Assembly (NCBI GenBank): GCA_043821645.1
Contig: JBDRCO010000118.1
Coordinates: 64,001-128,000, forward strand
Length of the DNA: 64,000 nucleotides
Direction of reading: 5' to 3'
Origin: Pseudomonadota bacterium
GTDB lineage: Bacteria > Myxococcota > JACRCW01 > JAFGSX01
Within the stretch, counting starts at the first letter, position 1. Every line of letters starts with the position of its first letter. A program made the position numbers and the translations under genes. Of this stretch, positions 31,197-43,200 are shown in pieces. The notes beneath the pieces were generated by a model. It was not told the origin of the DNA. It was given only the letters and a program-made list of their open reading frames with translations, and did not search any database.

Positions 31197-31317
31197 GATG
31201 ACCTTCCCACGGAGTGCCGCGCCCGGACATTCTAGCGCCTGGGAACGGCCTGTCCCAGCGCCCCCTTTTACATCAGGACGCCGCCCGCTATCTTGAGTCG
31301 CAGCCACAGGAGGATGC

Positions 31318-32523
31318 ATGCATGGGCTTGATGAGGCTCGGCGGCTCGTGGGCGCGCAGGCAGAACCCCTGCCGGCGACGACGTGCGAGCTCGGCCTGGC
31401 GCTGGGGTTGAGGCTCGCCCAGGCGGTCACCAGCGATCTGGACCTGCCGCCCTTCGACGCCTCGGCCATGGATGGCTACGCCGCGCGCAGCCTCGAGCTG
31501 GTGGCGGGCAAAGCACTGCCGGTGGCCTTCGAAGTGGCAGCCGGCCAAACCCCCGATGCTCTTCCTGCGGGTGCCGTGGCGCGAATCTTCACCGGAGCCG
31601 TGCTGCCTGCGGGCGCCGACCTGGTGGTGGTGCAGGAGCAGGCACAGCTGCGTGACGACGGACGGGTTCTGTTGCCTCCGGCGTCCGCCGGGGAGAACCT
31701 GCGGCGGGCTGGCGAACTGTGCCGGCAAGGGGATGCCGTGGCCGAGAACGGCGCCCTGCTGACCCCCGCGCGGCTGGCCACCCTGGCCGCGGTGGGCGCA
31801 TCCAGGCTCGCCGTGATCCCGCGCCCGCGGGTGGCGATCGTGGTCACCGGTGACGAGCTGGTCGACGTCGCCACGCGACCTGGACCAGGCCAGATCCGGG
31901 ACAGCAATCGCGTGCTCCTCGAAGCCCTGGTGCGCGAGGCCGGCTGCGCGCTGGTGTCGAGCGGCCGCGTCGGCGATCAGCTCGAGGAACATCGCCGCGC
32001 CCTCGACGAGGCCATGGCCAGGTCCGACCTGGTGCTGAGCTCGGGCGGTGTCAGCGTCGGTGATCGCGACCTGGTACCCCGGGTCCTGGCCGAGCTCGGC
32101 GCGCGCACCGTGCTGCACAAGGTGCGCATGAAACCTGGCAAACCGGTGCTGGTGGCGAGGCGAGGCAACACCTGGGTGCTGGGCCTGCCGGGCAATCCGG
32201 TGTCCGTTGCCACAGCGTTTCGTATGTTCGCGCGGCCCCTGATCGAGACCCTGGCCGGCGATGGCAGCGCGTTTCAGGAGCACGCCCTGCTGCTCCCTGT
32301 TGGCGCAGGAACTGGCAACCGCGGTGAGCGCACGCTGCTGCTGCCTGCGCGGCTGACTGTCGTCGAAGGCCGGCTGCAGGTCCTTCCCCTGGCCTGGAAA
32401 GGCTCGCACGATCTGGTGACGGCGGCAGCAGGCGACGCACTGCTGCGCCTCGAGCCGGGTCAGGAGTGTCGAGCGGGTGAGCTCGCGGCGGTGTATGCCC
32501 TGCCCTGGCGCGTCTGCCTGTGA
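31318..32523 (+). CDS. moeA: Molybdopterin molybdotransferase
   Basis: PPFDASAMDGYA, IFTGA, TGDEL, IRDSN, SSGGVSVGDRD, MKPGKP, GLPGNPVS. Confidence 0.95.
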   Translation: MHGLDEARRLVGAQAEPLPATTCELGLALGLRLAQAVTSDLDLPPFDASAMDGYAARSLELVAGKALPVAFEVAAGQTPDALPAGAVARIFTGAVLPAGADLVVVQEQAQLRDDGRVLLPPASAGENLRRAGELCRQGDAVAENGALLTPARLATLAAVGASRLAVIPRPRVAIVVTGDELVDVATRPGPGQIRDSNRVLLEALVREAGCALVSSGRVGDQLEEHRRALDEAMARSDLVLSSGGVSVGDRDLVPRVLAELGARTVLHKVRMKPGKPVLVARRGNTWVLGLPGNPVSVATAFRMFARPLIETLAGDGSAFQEHALLLPVGAGTGNRGERTLLLPARLTVVEGRLQVLPLAWKGSHDLVTAAAGDALLRLEPGQECRAGELAAVYALPWRVCL

Positions 32524-32592
32524 TGCACCGCCGGTGTGGACTCGACACGACACAGCTGCGCGTTACATCCTGATTGTGGTAGACCGATAACT

Positions 32593-32709
32593 GTCTCCGA
32601 CCCGGATTCTCTAAGGCCACGCGGCTACGAGGACCCGGGCGGTGGATCGCCCACGCGATCCCGAGGGCCGTTCCGGAAACGGAGCGACCTCCCGACCTGG
32701 AAAGGAGAC
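32593..32709 (+). promoter_or_regulatory. Moco (molybdenum cofactor) riboswitch
   Basis: P1 GTCTCC(32593-98)/GGAGAC(32704-09) covers the moaA RBS. Also CTAAGG, the GGATCGC/GCGATCC hairpin, AGGG...GAAA tetraloop...CCTCCC and TGGAAAGGAG, directly 5' of moaA. Confidence 0.85.
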
Positions 32710-32713
32710 CCGC

Positions 32714-33685
32714 ATGAACTGGCCCGTCCTGGGCGCTGGCCATGATCGATCACTGCGTCTGTCGGTGACAGACCGCTGCAACCTGCGCTGTCGCTACTGC
32801 ATGCCCGAGCATCGCGAGGCACTGGCGCGCGACCACGGCCTGCCCTCCCTCGAGCGCCTCACCGTCGTGGCGCGCTGGCTGGTGGAGCACGCCGGCGTCC
32901 ATCGCATCCGGCTCACCGGCGGGGAGCCACTGGTGCGCAGCGATCTGCCAGCGATGGTGGCCGCGCTGAACAGGATGCCCGGCGTCGAGGAGATCTCCCT
33001 GACCAGCAACGGCGCCTTGCTGGAGCACCTGGCACTGCCGCTGCGCGACGCCGGACTGGCCCGGGTCAATGTGTCCCTGGACACCCTGGACCCACATCGC
33101 TTCGCCGTGCTCACCCGCGGTGGACGCCTCGCCGACACCGTGCGCGGCATTCACGCGGCGCTGGCGGCCGGGTTGCGGCCCCTCAAGCTCAATACCGTGC
33201 TCCGCCGCTCGTCGTGGATCGAAGATCTGCCGACCCTGATCGACTTCGCCGCGCGCGAGGGGTTGGAGCTGCGCCTGATCGAGCTGATGGAGACCGCGGC
33301 GGACCCCACCTGGACCCGCTCCGAGCAGATCCCGATGCAGGAGGTGCGCACCTGGCTCGAGCAAGGGGCAACCCTGATGCCGCTGCCCACGCGCCACACC
33401 GCGCCTGCCCGTCGTCACGTGCTGCGCTGGGACGACCGCGAGCTTGCCATCGGTTTCATCAGCCCGCGCAGCGCTCCCTTCTGCGGACACTGCAATCGCC
33501 TGCGCGTGGACATGCACGGCCGCCTGCACCGCTGCCTCATGGATACAGCAGCCCTGCCCCTGCTCGATCTCATCGAGGCCGGGGACGACGCCACCACCAC
33601 GCGATCTGTCGAAGCCTACCTGGCAGGCAAGAGCGCGCCTGTGGCCATGGCCTCGTCGCGCGCCATGCATGCCATCGGCGGCTGA
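32714..33685 (+). CDS. moaA: GTP 3',8-cyclase (radical SAM)
   Basis: LRLSVTDRCNLRCRYCMP, RLTGGEP, NVSLDTL, FCGHCNRLR, C-terminal IGG. Confidence 0.95.
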   Translation: MNWPVLGAGHDRSLRLSVTDRCNLRCRYCMPEHREALARDHGLPSLERLTVVARWLVEHAGVHRIRLTGGEPLVRSDLPAMVAALNRMPGVEEISLTSNGALLEHLALPLRDAGLARVNVSLDTLDPHRFAVLTRGGRLADTVRGIHAALAAGLRPLKLNTVLRRSSWIEDLPTLIDFAAREGLELRLIELMETAADPTWTRSEQIPMQEVRTWLEQGATLMPLPTRHTAPARRHVLRWDDRELAIGFISPRSAPFCGHCNRLRVDMHGRLHRCLMDTAALPLLDLIEAGDDATTTRSVEAYLAGKSAPVAMASSRAMHAIGG

Positions 33686-33726
33686 GCCCGCAGGCGACCG
33701 CCCCAGGAGCACTCGAGGACTCCGCC

Positions 33727-34221
33727 ATGAACCCGCTCAGCCATCTCGATGCCCAGGGCCGCACCCACATGGTCGACGTCGGCGACAAGACCTTGAGCGA
33801 GCGCCGCGCCCTCGCCGAGGCTTGGCTACAGGTGGGCCCGCAGGTGATGACCGCCCTGCGCGACGGCAGCGTGCCCAAGGGCAACGCTCTGGAGTGCGCG
33901 CGCCTGGCGGGAATACAGGCGGCCAAGCGCACCAGCGAGCTGATCCCGCTATGTCACCAGATCGCGCTGGATCACGTGGACGTGCAGCTCGAGCTGGTCG
34001 ACGGTGACGCCGCGGCCGGGGCGCGGGTGCACATCCTGGCCAGCGCCCGCTGCCGCGCGGCCACAGGCGTCGAGATGGAGGCCCTGACCGCGACCGCCGT
34101 TGCCGGCCTGACCCTGATCGACATGCTCAAGGCCCTGCAAAAGGACCTGCGCCTCGACGGCCTGCGCCTGCTGCGGAAGTCCGGTGGACGGTCTGGGGAG
34201 TACCGGGCGGACGGGGCCTGA
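33727..34221 (+). CDS. moaC: Cyclic pyranopterin monophosphate synthase
   Basis: LSHLD...MVDVGDK, AAKRTSELIPLCH, TGVEMEALT, KSGGRSG. Confidence 0.95.
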   Translation: MNPLSHLDAQGRTHMVDVGDKTLSERRALAEAWLQVGPQVMTALRDGSVPKGNALECARLAGIQAAKRTSELIPLCHQIALDHVDVQLELVDGDAAAGARVHILASARCRAATGVEMEALTATAVAGLTLIDMLKALQKDLRLDGLRLLRKSGGRSGEYRADGA

Positions 34222-34238
34222 GGTACGACCTTTTCTCG

Positions 34239-37200
34239 TCACCGACGCCGGCGCCGCCAGGCGAGCACCAGCCAGCTGCCCAGGGCCAGGGCTGTTCCCG
34301 CCGGGCCACTCGACGCACAGCCGCAGCCTGCGGGCAACGGTCTGTAACCCACATCGGTCACGATGCCGTCGCCACTGTCGCCGCCGGTGAGGGCGCCGCT
34401 GTCGACCACCACGCCCGTGACGTCGAGCACACCGCCCTCCGCCTGGGCGGCGTCGACCAGGGTCCCGGCGTCGGGCTGAACCGGGGCATCGCGCCCGGCG
34501 GCGTCGACGATGACGCTGCTGTCGCTGCCGGCCCCCCGCGTCGTCACCGGACACGCGGATCTCGAAGCTGGCGCTCGCCCAGGGCCCGGCGCCCACGGCA
34601 TCGCTGCCCCGGGCGCGCCAGGTGTAGGTGCCCGCAGCTAGATCGCTGCCCGGCGTGAAGGTCACCTCGCCCGCCACCGCCGCCAGCGCACTCGCCTGCG
34701 CCACCACGGCGCTGCTGGCGTCCTGAATCTCGACCTCGTGCCACACCGCGTCGCCCTCCGCATCGACCGCGGCTTGCCAGCGGAAGGTGGGCCGCTGCTG
34801 TGCCAGCACGGCGCCGACGGGAGCGATCAGGACGGGTGCCGCCGGCCTCTGGTTGCTGCTCGCGACGCGGAAGGTCCAGCGCGCGCTGAAGGCGCCCGCA
34901 CTGCCGTCGGGTGTGACCGCCTGCACGCGCCAGCTGTAGCGCGAGCCCTCGGTGAGGCTGGCCAGTGTCGCCTGGACCTCCCCGTCCACCGCTCCATCGT
35001 CGGCGTCGGCCACGTTGTCGATCTGATCCAGCACGGTACTGCCGTCCGCCGTGGACAGCTCAAAGCGATACAGCAGGTCCTCGCCGTCCGGGTCCTGCAC
35101 CGTGGACGCGCGCAGCAGTACGGGAGGGCTGACCTCGCTGCTGTCGGCCGGCGCGATCAATGTCGGGGCCGGGGGAGGCTGCTCCACCAGATCGAGCACG
35201 AAGCTGGCGGCCAGGGCCTCGCTCTCCATCACGCCGTCGGAGGCCCAGGCCCGGAGCCACCAGGTGCCGTCGGGGGCGAGGGCGTTTAGATCCACATGCA
35301 CCACGTCGTCGGTGCCGGCGCGCAGGTCCTCGACCAGCACCGTGCTGGCCACGTCGAAGGAGCCGTCTGGCGACAGTGCAAGCCGGTACAGGACCTCGCG
35401 ACCCTCGGGATCCTGCACCGCGCCCAGGCGCAGCTCAGCGTCCGAGGCCCGCACCCGCCCTCCGTCGACCGGCGACAGCAGCAGCGGCGGTGGCGGCGCC
35501 AGGTTGATCAGGTTCACGGTGAACTGGAAGCTCACCGACACCGGACCCTCGAGGCCCCGAGCGTCGATGGCCTGCACATCCCAGAACCAGGTCGAACCGT
35601 CCGTGAGCAGCTGGGTCACGGTGAAGCCCACCGGACCCAGGGCCGGCGGGGCGATCGGGTCGCTGGTGATCACCGCTGGCCCGTCGAACTCGCTGCGCAG
35701 GCTGAAGCGGTAGCTCACCCGGTCCCCATCCGGGTCCACGACCTGGCCCGCCTCGAGCCGGGGCGCGGCCACACCCACGCTACCCTGATCCGGGGGACTC
35801 AGGGGTTGCGGCGCCGGCGGCGGCTCGTTGATGGTGTCGACGACAAAGCTTCGCACCACCGAGACCGCCGAGCCTGTGCCATCACTGGCCCACACGTTCC
35901 AGCTGTAATGCACGCCCTCTTCCAGGTCCAGGTCAACGACGACGCTGGCCTGCAGGCCGGTATCCGCGAGGCCGAGGGCGCTGAAGATCAGGGTGCCAGA
36001 GTTGTCCTCGCGCCACAGCTCGACGTCGTAGTGCACGGGGTCCCCGTCGGGATCTGTCGAGGGGTTCCACACCAGGGTCGGCGTCAGCGTGCTGACCCGC
36101 GCCAGGTCGGCGGGGGCCACCAGCTGAGGCGCGCCCGGTGCGTTGGACACGAAGGGATCACTGCCACACAGGTACTCGTCGAGGTTGCTCAGCCCGTCGC
36201 TGTCCGGGTCCTCGGCTGCGTCGTCGCGGCTCGGGTCCGTGCCCACCAGCGTCTCCCAGGTGTCGGGAAGGGCATCGTTGTCGACGTCGATGAAGTCCAC
36301 CACCACGGTGTAAGGAACCTCGACCAGGCCGCCGTGGCCGTCGTCGACCCGCACCCGCAGCGTGCGCACACCGATGCTGGCAAAGTCCGGCAACCAGGAC
36401 AGCACGCCACTGCTGCTGCCCAGGGTCATGCCCGGCGGCGCGCTCAGCAACGAGAAGGTCAAGCTGTCGGTGTCGGGATCGCTGGCCGCGATGGTCACGC
36501 TGTAGGCCTCGTTTTCGTGGGCCCCGGGCAGCGTGACCGTGGTGATCTGGGGCGGCCGGTTGACGTTGCGTACCGTCACCTGCCAGGTGCGCCGGGTGAG
36601 ACCCGCACCGTTCTGCGCCTGCACCTCGATGGCGTGCAGACCCGCGGCGTCGAAGTCCGGCGTCCAGGAGAAGGCGCCGGTCACCTCGTCGAAGCTGGCC
36701 CCATTCGGCAGATTGACCACGGTCACGGCCACCGTTAGCGAGGTCTGGGGATCCACCGCGGTGATACTGGCGCTCAGAGTGGTGCCCTCGTTGACCGTGG
36801 CATCCGCGGGCAGGTTGATGTTGGGAGGCAGCCCGCCATCGCCCACGACGATGGTGATGGTCTCGCTATCCACCAGGCTGCCATCGCTCACCGTGAAGGT
36901 CACGGTGTGGGCTCCGGCGTCCGCAGCCCCCGGGGACCAGCTGAAGAGTGCTCCGACGAGACTGGCGCCCACAGGCAAGCCCGTGGCGGTGATGGTCTGG
37001 GACGGGCCGTCAGGATCGGTCACCGCGATGGTGAAGCTGAGCGTGCCGTCGATGGGCACTTGCTGGTTGCCGATGGGCACGATCGCCGGGGCATCGTTGA
37101 CCGCGCTGACCACGATGTGCGCGGCCTGCTCGGCAGAGGCTCCCGCCAGATCCTGAACCCGCACCGTGAAGTCGTGAACACCGACCTCGGGATCGTCGGG

Positions 37201-40200
37201 GCTGAACAGGATCAGACCCGTCACCGGATCGACCTGCATGCCGGCGGGCGCTCCCACCAGCAGGTAGGTGAGCGTGTCACCCTGGTCGATATCCTGGGCC
37301 TCGAGGGTGAAGGCGAAGGCGCCCTCCTCGACCACTGTGGCGTTGATGGCACTCGAGGTGAAGAAGGGCGGATCGTTGATGTTGACCACGGTCAGGCTGT
37401 GTACGAAAACCGTGCTACCACCGTTCGTGTCACTCGCCCGCAGGCGGATGGTATGCACGCCCACGTCCGCGTTGCCCGGCGTCCACTGCAGGACGCCGCC
37501 CACCAGGGTCAGACCCGCCGGGGCCGCCACCAGACTCAGGGTCACGCTGTCGCCAACGTCAGGGTCGCTGACCGACGGCGTCCAGCTCCAGGTGCTGCCC
37601 TCGGCCACGCTGGCGCCCGGCGCCGGACTGGCCCCGAACACGGGCGCGTCATTGACGTTGCTCACCGTCACGGTGAAGGACTGGGTGGCGCTCAGCCCCC
37701 CGGAGTCCGTCGCGGTGAGGGTCACGCCGTGGCTGCCCACGGCGGCGTTGTCGGGGAGCCAGCTCACGGCGCCGCTCTGGGCGTCGACGATCATGCCCGC
37801 CGGATGCACGGTCAGGGCGTAGCTCAGGCTGGCATCTTCCTCGTCCTGGGCGCTGGCCGCGTAGCTGTAGGCCTGGTCCTCGGTCGCTGCGGTCACCGGC
37901 ACGCTGCTGAACACCGGTGGGTCGTTGACCGCGATCACGGTGACCGAGAAGCTGTGGTGCAGCTCGCCGCCCTGGTCGTCGGTGATCAGGATGTCGAAGC
38001 CACGCAGACCGGTCTGGGCGCCGGTCGGGGTCCAGCTCACCTGGCCGCTGAACTCGCCCACGCTCGCCCCCACCGGCATGCTCACGGGCACGAAGCGGAT
38101 GGTCTGGCCGTCGGGATCGCTGGCCACGATGGCATAGCTGTAGAGCTGGTCCTCGGTGGCGGTGGTCACCGGCGTACTGGTCACCACCGGGGGCCGGTTG
38201 ACGTTGCCGATCGCAATGCTGGTGCTGCCGCTGGCCGTGCGGCCGTTGGCGGTCGCCAAGAAATTGGCCTGGTAGGTGCCGGACTGATCGTAGCCCGGGG
38301 TCCAGCTGAAGCGCCCCTGGGCCGGGTCAAAGCTCGCGCCCGCGGGACCGCTGGTCATGCTCAGCACCACGGTGTCGCCATCCGGATCGCTGCCGCTGAC
38401 GACGAAGGTCAGCAGCTGGCCCTCGGATCCACTGGCGCTGGCCGGCGCCGTCAGGCTGGGATCGCGATCGGTGTTGGCGATGTCCAGGGTGAGCACGCGG
38501 TTGTCGCGCGCGATGCTGTCATCGGCAAACACGGTGATGGAACGCGAGCCCGCCGCGTCGTAGGGCGGCGTCCAGGTGAACACGCCCGTGCTCGGGTGGA
38601 TGCTGGCCCCGGCGGGGAGGCCGGTGCCACCATAGCTGAGGCTGGGGCCGTCGACGTCGGTGGCTGCCAGGGTGAAGGTGAGCAGGCTGCCCTCGGCACC
38701 GCTGACGGTGCCACTCGGCGTCGGCGCTCCCAGCACCGGAGGATCGTTGACGTTGGCCACCGTGATGCTGAAGCTCTGCACCGCGAACAGCCCGCCGGCG
38801 TCGGTGACGCGCAGCACCACCGCATGGCTACCGACTTCGGCGTTGCCCGGCGTGCCGCTGAGTACCCCGGTCGCCGGTACGAAGCTGAGCCAGGCTGGCT
38901 TGGTCGTGGCCGACAGGGTGAGAACGTCGCCCAGATCCTGATCCACCGCCACCAGGGTGTAGCTGTACAGCAGGTCCTCGGTCGCCGCAGTGATGGCCAC
39001 CGACGAGATGGTCGGCGCGTCGTTGACGTTGGTGACCTGCAGCGTGAAGGCCTGGGTCGCCACACCGCCGCTCTTGCCGTCGCTGACGCGCACCGTCACC
39101 GGGTGGCTGCCGACCTGGGCGTTGGTGGGTGTCCAGGTGACCAGGCCCGTGGCCGCAACGATGCTCATGCCCGAGGGATTCTGGGTCAGGCTCCAGGTCA
39201 GGGTGTCCAGGTCGGGGTCGCTGGCCGCCGCGGTGTAGCTCAGCAGCTGGTCCTCGGCGGTTGTGGTCGGGGGGCTGGCCGTGAAGGCGGGCGCGCGGTT
39301 GGTGTCGTCAACCACGATGCTGATGGTTTCGCTGTCGCTCAGCGCCGTGGAATCGGTGACCGTGAAGGTGACGCTGTAGGTCCCGGCGTCCGCGTAGCCC
39401 GGAGTCCAGCTGAACTGCCCCGTCGCGGCGGTGAAGGTGGCGCCCCGGGTAAACGGGTTGTTTCCACCGCCTACGGCACTCAGGGTCAACACCTCTCCAA
39501 CGTCGGGGTCCGACGCCGTGACCACAAAGCTCAGCAGCGAGGCCTCGGCCACGTTGCGATCGCCTACCGGGTCCAGCACCGGCGGCCTGGGCACGTTGCC
39601 CACCGAAATGGTCACCAGCTCGCTGTCGGTGAGCAGGCCGTCGGTGGCAACAAACTCCACCTGGTACGAGCCCTCGTCGCCAAAGCCGGTGGACCAGGTG
39701 AAGGTGCTGCCGTCGAAGCTTGCGCCGCTGGGCAAGGTGCCTGGCGTCACCAGCACGGTGGGCGTGGTGCCATCGGGGTCGCTTGCCGACACCGCGAAGA
39801 TCAAAACGGCACCTTCGGCCACGCTCTGAGGACCGATGGGAGCCAGCACGGGCGGATCGTTGACGTTGGCCACGTTGATGCTGAAGCTCTGCTCGACCCA
39901 GGCACCGAGGTCGTCGGTGACGCGCAGGGTCACCGGGTGGTTGCCGACCTGGGCATTTCCCGGCACGCCCGAGAGCAGACCGCTCACGGGGTTGAAGGCG
40001 AGCCAGGCCGGGCGCAGCGGTGCGCTGAGGGTCAGGTGATCGCCGTGGAGCAGGTCGTCGTCGTCCGCGGTCAGGGTGTAGCTGTAGGGCAGATCCTGGG
40101 TGGCCCCGGTGACGGCCGTCGACGTGACCACGGGCGCGTCGTTGGTGTTGTGCACGGTGATGACGAAGTTCTGGAAGTCGGACTCCAGCAGGTCGTGCAC

Positions 40201-43200
40201 CTCGAGCTCGACCGCATGCGCCCCCACGTCGGCGTTGTTGGGCCGGCCCGGCAGGTTGGTCAGCGCACCGGTCGAGGTGTTGAACTGCAACCATGACGGC
40301 AACACGTTGGCCACCCGCGTGAGGCTGTCACCGACATCGGGGTCCACGACAACCAGGGTGTAGCTGTAGGGCGCGTCCTCGTCGACGTCGGTGACCTCGA
40401 CCGAGGTGATCTGCGGCGGGTCGTTGACGTTGCTGACGGTCAGGGTGAAGGTCGCCTCGACCTGCGCCGGAGTGGGGAGCTGGTCGTCGCGAACGCGCAC
40501 CGTGACACTCCACACGCCAACCTGGGCATCGTCGGCCAGCCCGCCGGGCGTGCTGAAGCTGAGCGCTCCCGTCGTCGGATTCACCACCAGGTTTGGCGGC
40601 GCTCCCGAGACCACGCTGAAGGTCAGCACCTCGCTCAGGCCCACGTCCGCGTCGGGATCGCCGGCGTGGAGCACCGCGCTCAGGGCCTGGTTCTCGGCCA
40701 AGCTGAGGTCGGCAGGCGCCGGGCTCCAGTACGGAGGGTCGTTGATGTTGGTGATGGTGCCGAACGAGAAGCTCACGGTGTCGATCGCACTTCGTCGGTC
40801 CTGCACCTGTATCGTCACCGAGGGCGTCGAGTTGGCGTCCGAGGGGCCCGGCGTCCAGGTCAGGGTCACCGACTTCTGATCTCCTGCGGGGGTCAGGGTG
40901 ATCGCAGGACCGGCCAGCGTGCTGTAACTCAGCGTCTCGGCGGCCCCGGGCGAATTCATGTCCGGGTCGTCCACGGCCAGGATCAGGGTCCACAGCGAGC
41001 CCTGGGTCGCGCTCTGAGCCCCCGGGCTGCTGGTGAACACCGGATCCTGGTTGATGTCGGTGATGGTCACCGTGTAGGCGCGCACCCCGGAGCCACCGAC
41101 GCCGTCACTGACCAGCAGGGTCACGGTCTGCGGCCCGGTCGCGGGATTGCCCGGGGTGCCGCTGAGCTGGCAGTAGCGCAGGCCGACATTGGTCACCGCG
41201 GTGGCGCTGAGCCACGACGGCACACCACCGGACAAGCTGCAGCTCAGGGTCTGGGACAGGTGGGCCACGTCCACGTCGTCGTCGTACAGCCGCGCCAGGG
41301 CCAGATAGGCCACTCCTTCGGTGCCGGTGAGCGGGCTGAGGGTACCCAGGCTCGGACTGTCGTTGACGTTGGCGACGGTGATGGTCCAGCCGAGGTCCGT
41401 CGTGCGCACGCCTGTGGCGCCGGCGGGCACCTGGTCGGTGACGCGCACCAGCACCGTGTTGGCGCCGATGTGGGCATCGCCCGGCGTCCAGCTGATCAGG
41501 CCACTGGCGCTGTTGATGGTCATGCCGGTGGGCTTCTGCACCAGGCTGTAGGTCAGCGTGGTGCCCTCCTCGTCGATCGCGTTGACGTCGAAGCTGTAGG
41601 CCGCGTCCTCGGTGGCCGTGGTCGGTGGCGCGCCCGAAGTGATCACGGGGGCGTCGTTGACCCGGGTCACGTTGAGGGTGAAGGCGCGGCTGGTGCAGGC
41701 TCCCGCTCCTCCCGCCACCGGGTCGCCGTCGCACACCCGCACCGTGGCGGCATGGCTACCCACCACCGCCTGGGCGTCGGTGGGAGTCCAGCGCACGTTC
41801 TGGCAGCGGTACTGGCCGCCGCAGCTGTACACCGCACCCGACGTGGCCAGGCCCGAGGGGCCGCTGACCACGCTGAAGCTCAGGCGCGACAGGTCCACGT
41901 CGTCGTTGTCGGTGAACTGGAAGTTGTAGGACCACAGCGTGTCCTCGGTGAGGGCGACGGTGGTCGGCGGTGCGTTGTAGGTCGGCGCGCTGTTGACGAT
42001 CGCCAGGTTGTACGGGGAGGCCACGCTGGGCAGCTGGTTGTTGGCCTCGCCACCCGGCCCCTCGTCGCGGGTGTTGCTGGCGTCGAGCAAGGCGCGCAGG
42101 TGCACAACGTTGTCAGGCTGGTTGGGCTTGAGCGCGGTGAAGGTGAAGGTGTGGGCGTAGGGCGCCTCGGCCACCGGTGACGAGGTCAGAGCCTGCTGCG
42201 CGGTGTAGGTGGTACCGCTGTCCGGTGGCGCATCCTGGTCCTTGTAGAAGCGCAGGTAGGACGTGGTCGAGCCCGTCCAGGAGGAGTTGAACTTGGTGAT
42301 CACCTGCACCGTCACCAGGTCGCCCTCGACGGGCTGCGCCGGGGTGACGCTGGCCACGTAGCCGGTGACGTCGGGCTTGGGTGTGATCTGGCAGGTGGGG
42401 CAGAAGCCTGGCGGCACATAGGGCGGCGGCTTGATGATGTAGGGGCCGGCCAGGGCATTCTGTGCGCCCGAGCGCAGGCGCAGGAACAGCGCGCTGGGGA
42501 AACCCTCCCACGGGTAGGCGCCGGCGTGGGGCATGACCTTGACGAAGGGCAGGGACACGACCTCGGTGGAGACGCCACCTGCGCCCAGAGCGCTCACCGT
42601 GTGACTCGAGTAGGGTGTGTCGCCGGCACCTGGTGGGTTGGCCGTGAGCTCTCCGCCGACACCGACGGTCACCGGCACCACGAAGGCGTCCAGGGTGGTC
42701 ACCGCCGACGAGGCACCGCCGCGGTTGAGCACGTGCGCGTAGACCGTGGCCGGCCCCGTGGGGTCGCCCAGATCGCCCAGCTCGAACAGCGGGTGCACGT
42801 AGATGGCGTCGCCCTGGGCCAGGCTGCGGCCGTAGGACTCGTTGTGAGCGTAGATCCAGGGATAGAAGATGCGCGGCTCGAGAAAGGTGTTCAGGAAGAA
42901 GGGCAGGCCAATGCTGTACACCCGGCTGTCGACGGCGCGGTAGCCGATGGGGCGGTAGGCCCGCACCTGGTAGATGAGCAGGTCCGCACTGCTCGGTGGC
43001 GCGCCGCGCGCCGTGACGTCGAATTCCAGCTCGAAGTCGCTGTCGGGCTCGCCGCGTCCGACGTTCCCCGTCGTCGTGATCTTGAAGTAGAAACGAGTCG
43101 TCCCCGACGACACCGCGGTGTAGGGAATGTCCCACAGGAAGTAGTCCGAGGCCGTGCTGTAGCTCGCGCCCAGCAGGCTGAGCCCGCAGCTGGAGAAGGT

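Noticed and set aside
33949-34238. C-terminal extension of the 4010-aa ORF overlapping moaC
   Set aside because: It results from the frameshift at 34532-34537. It reads antisense through a clear moaC, while the real anchor ends at 34239 in another frame.
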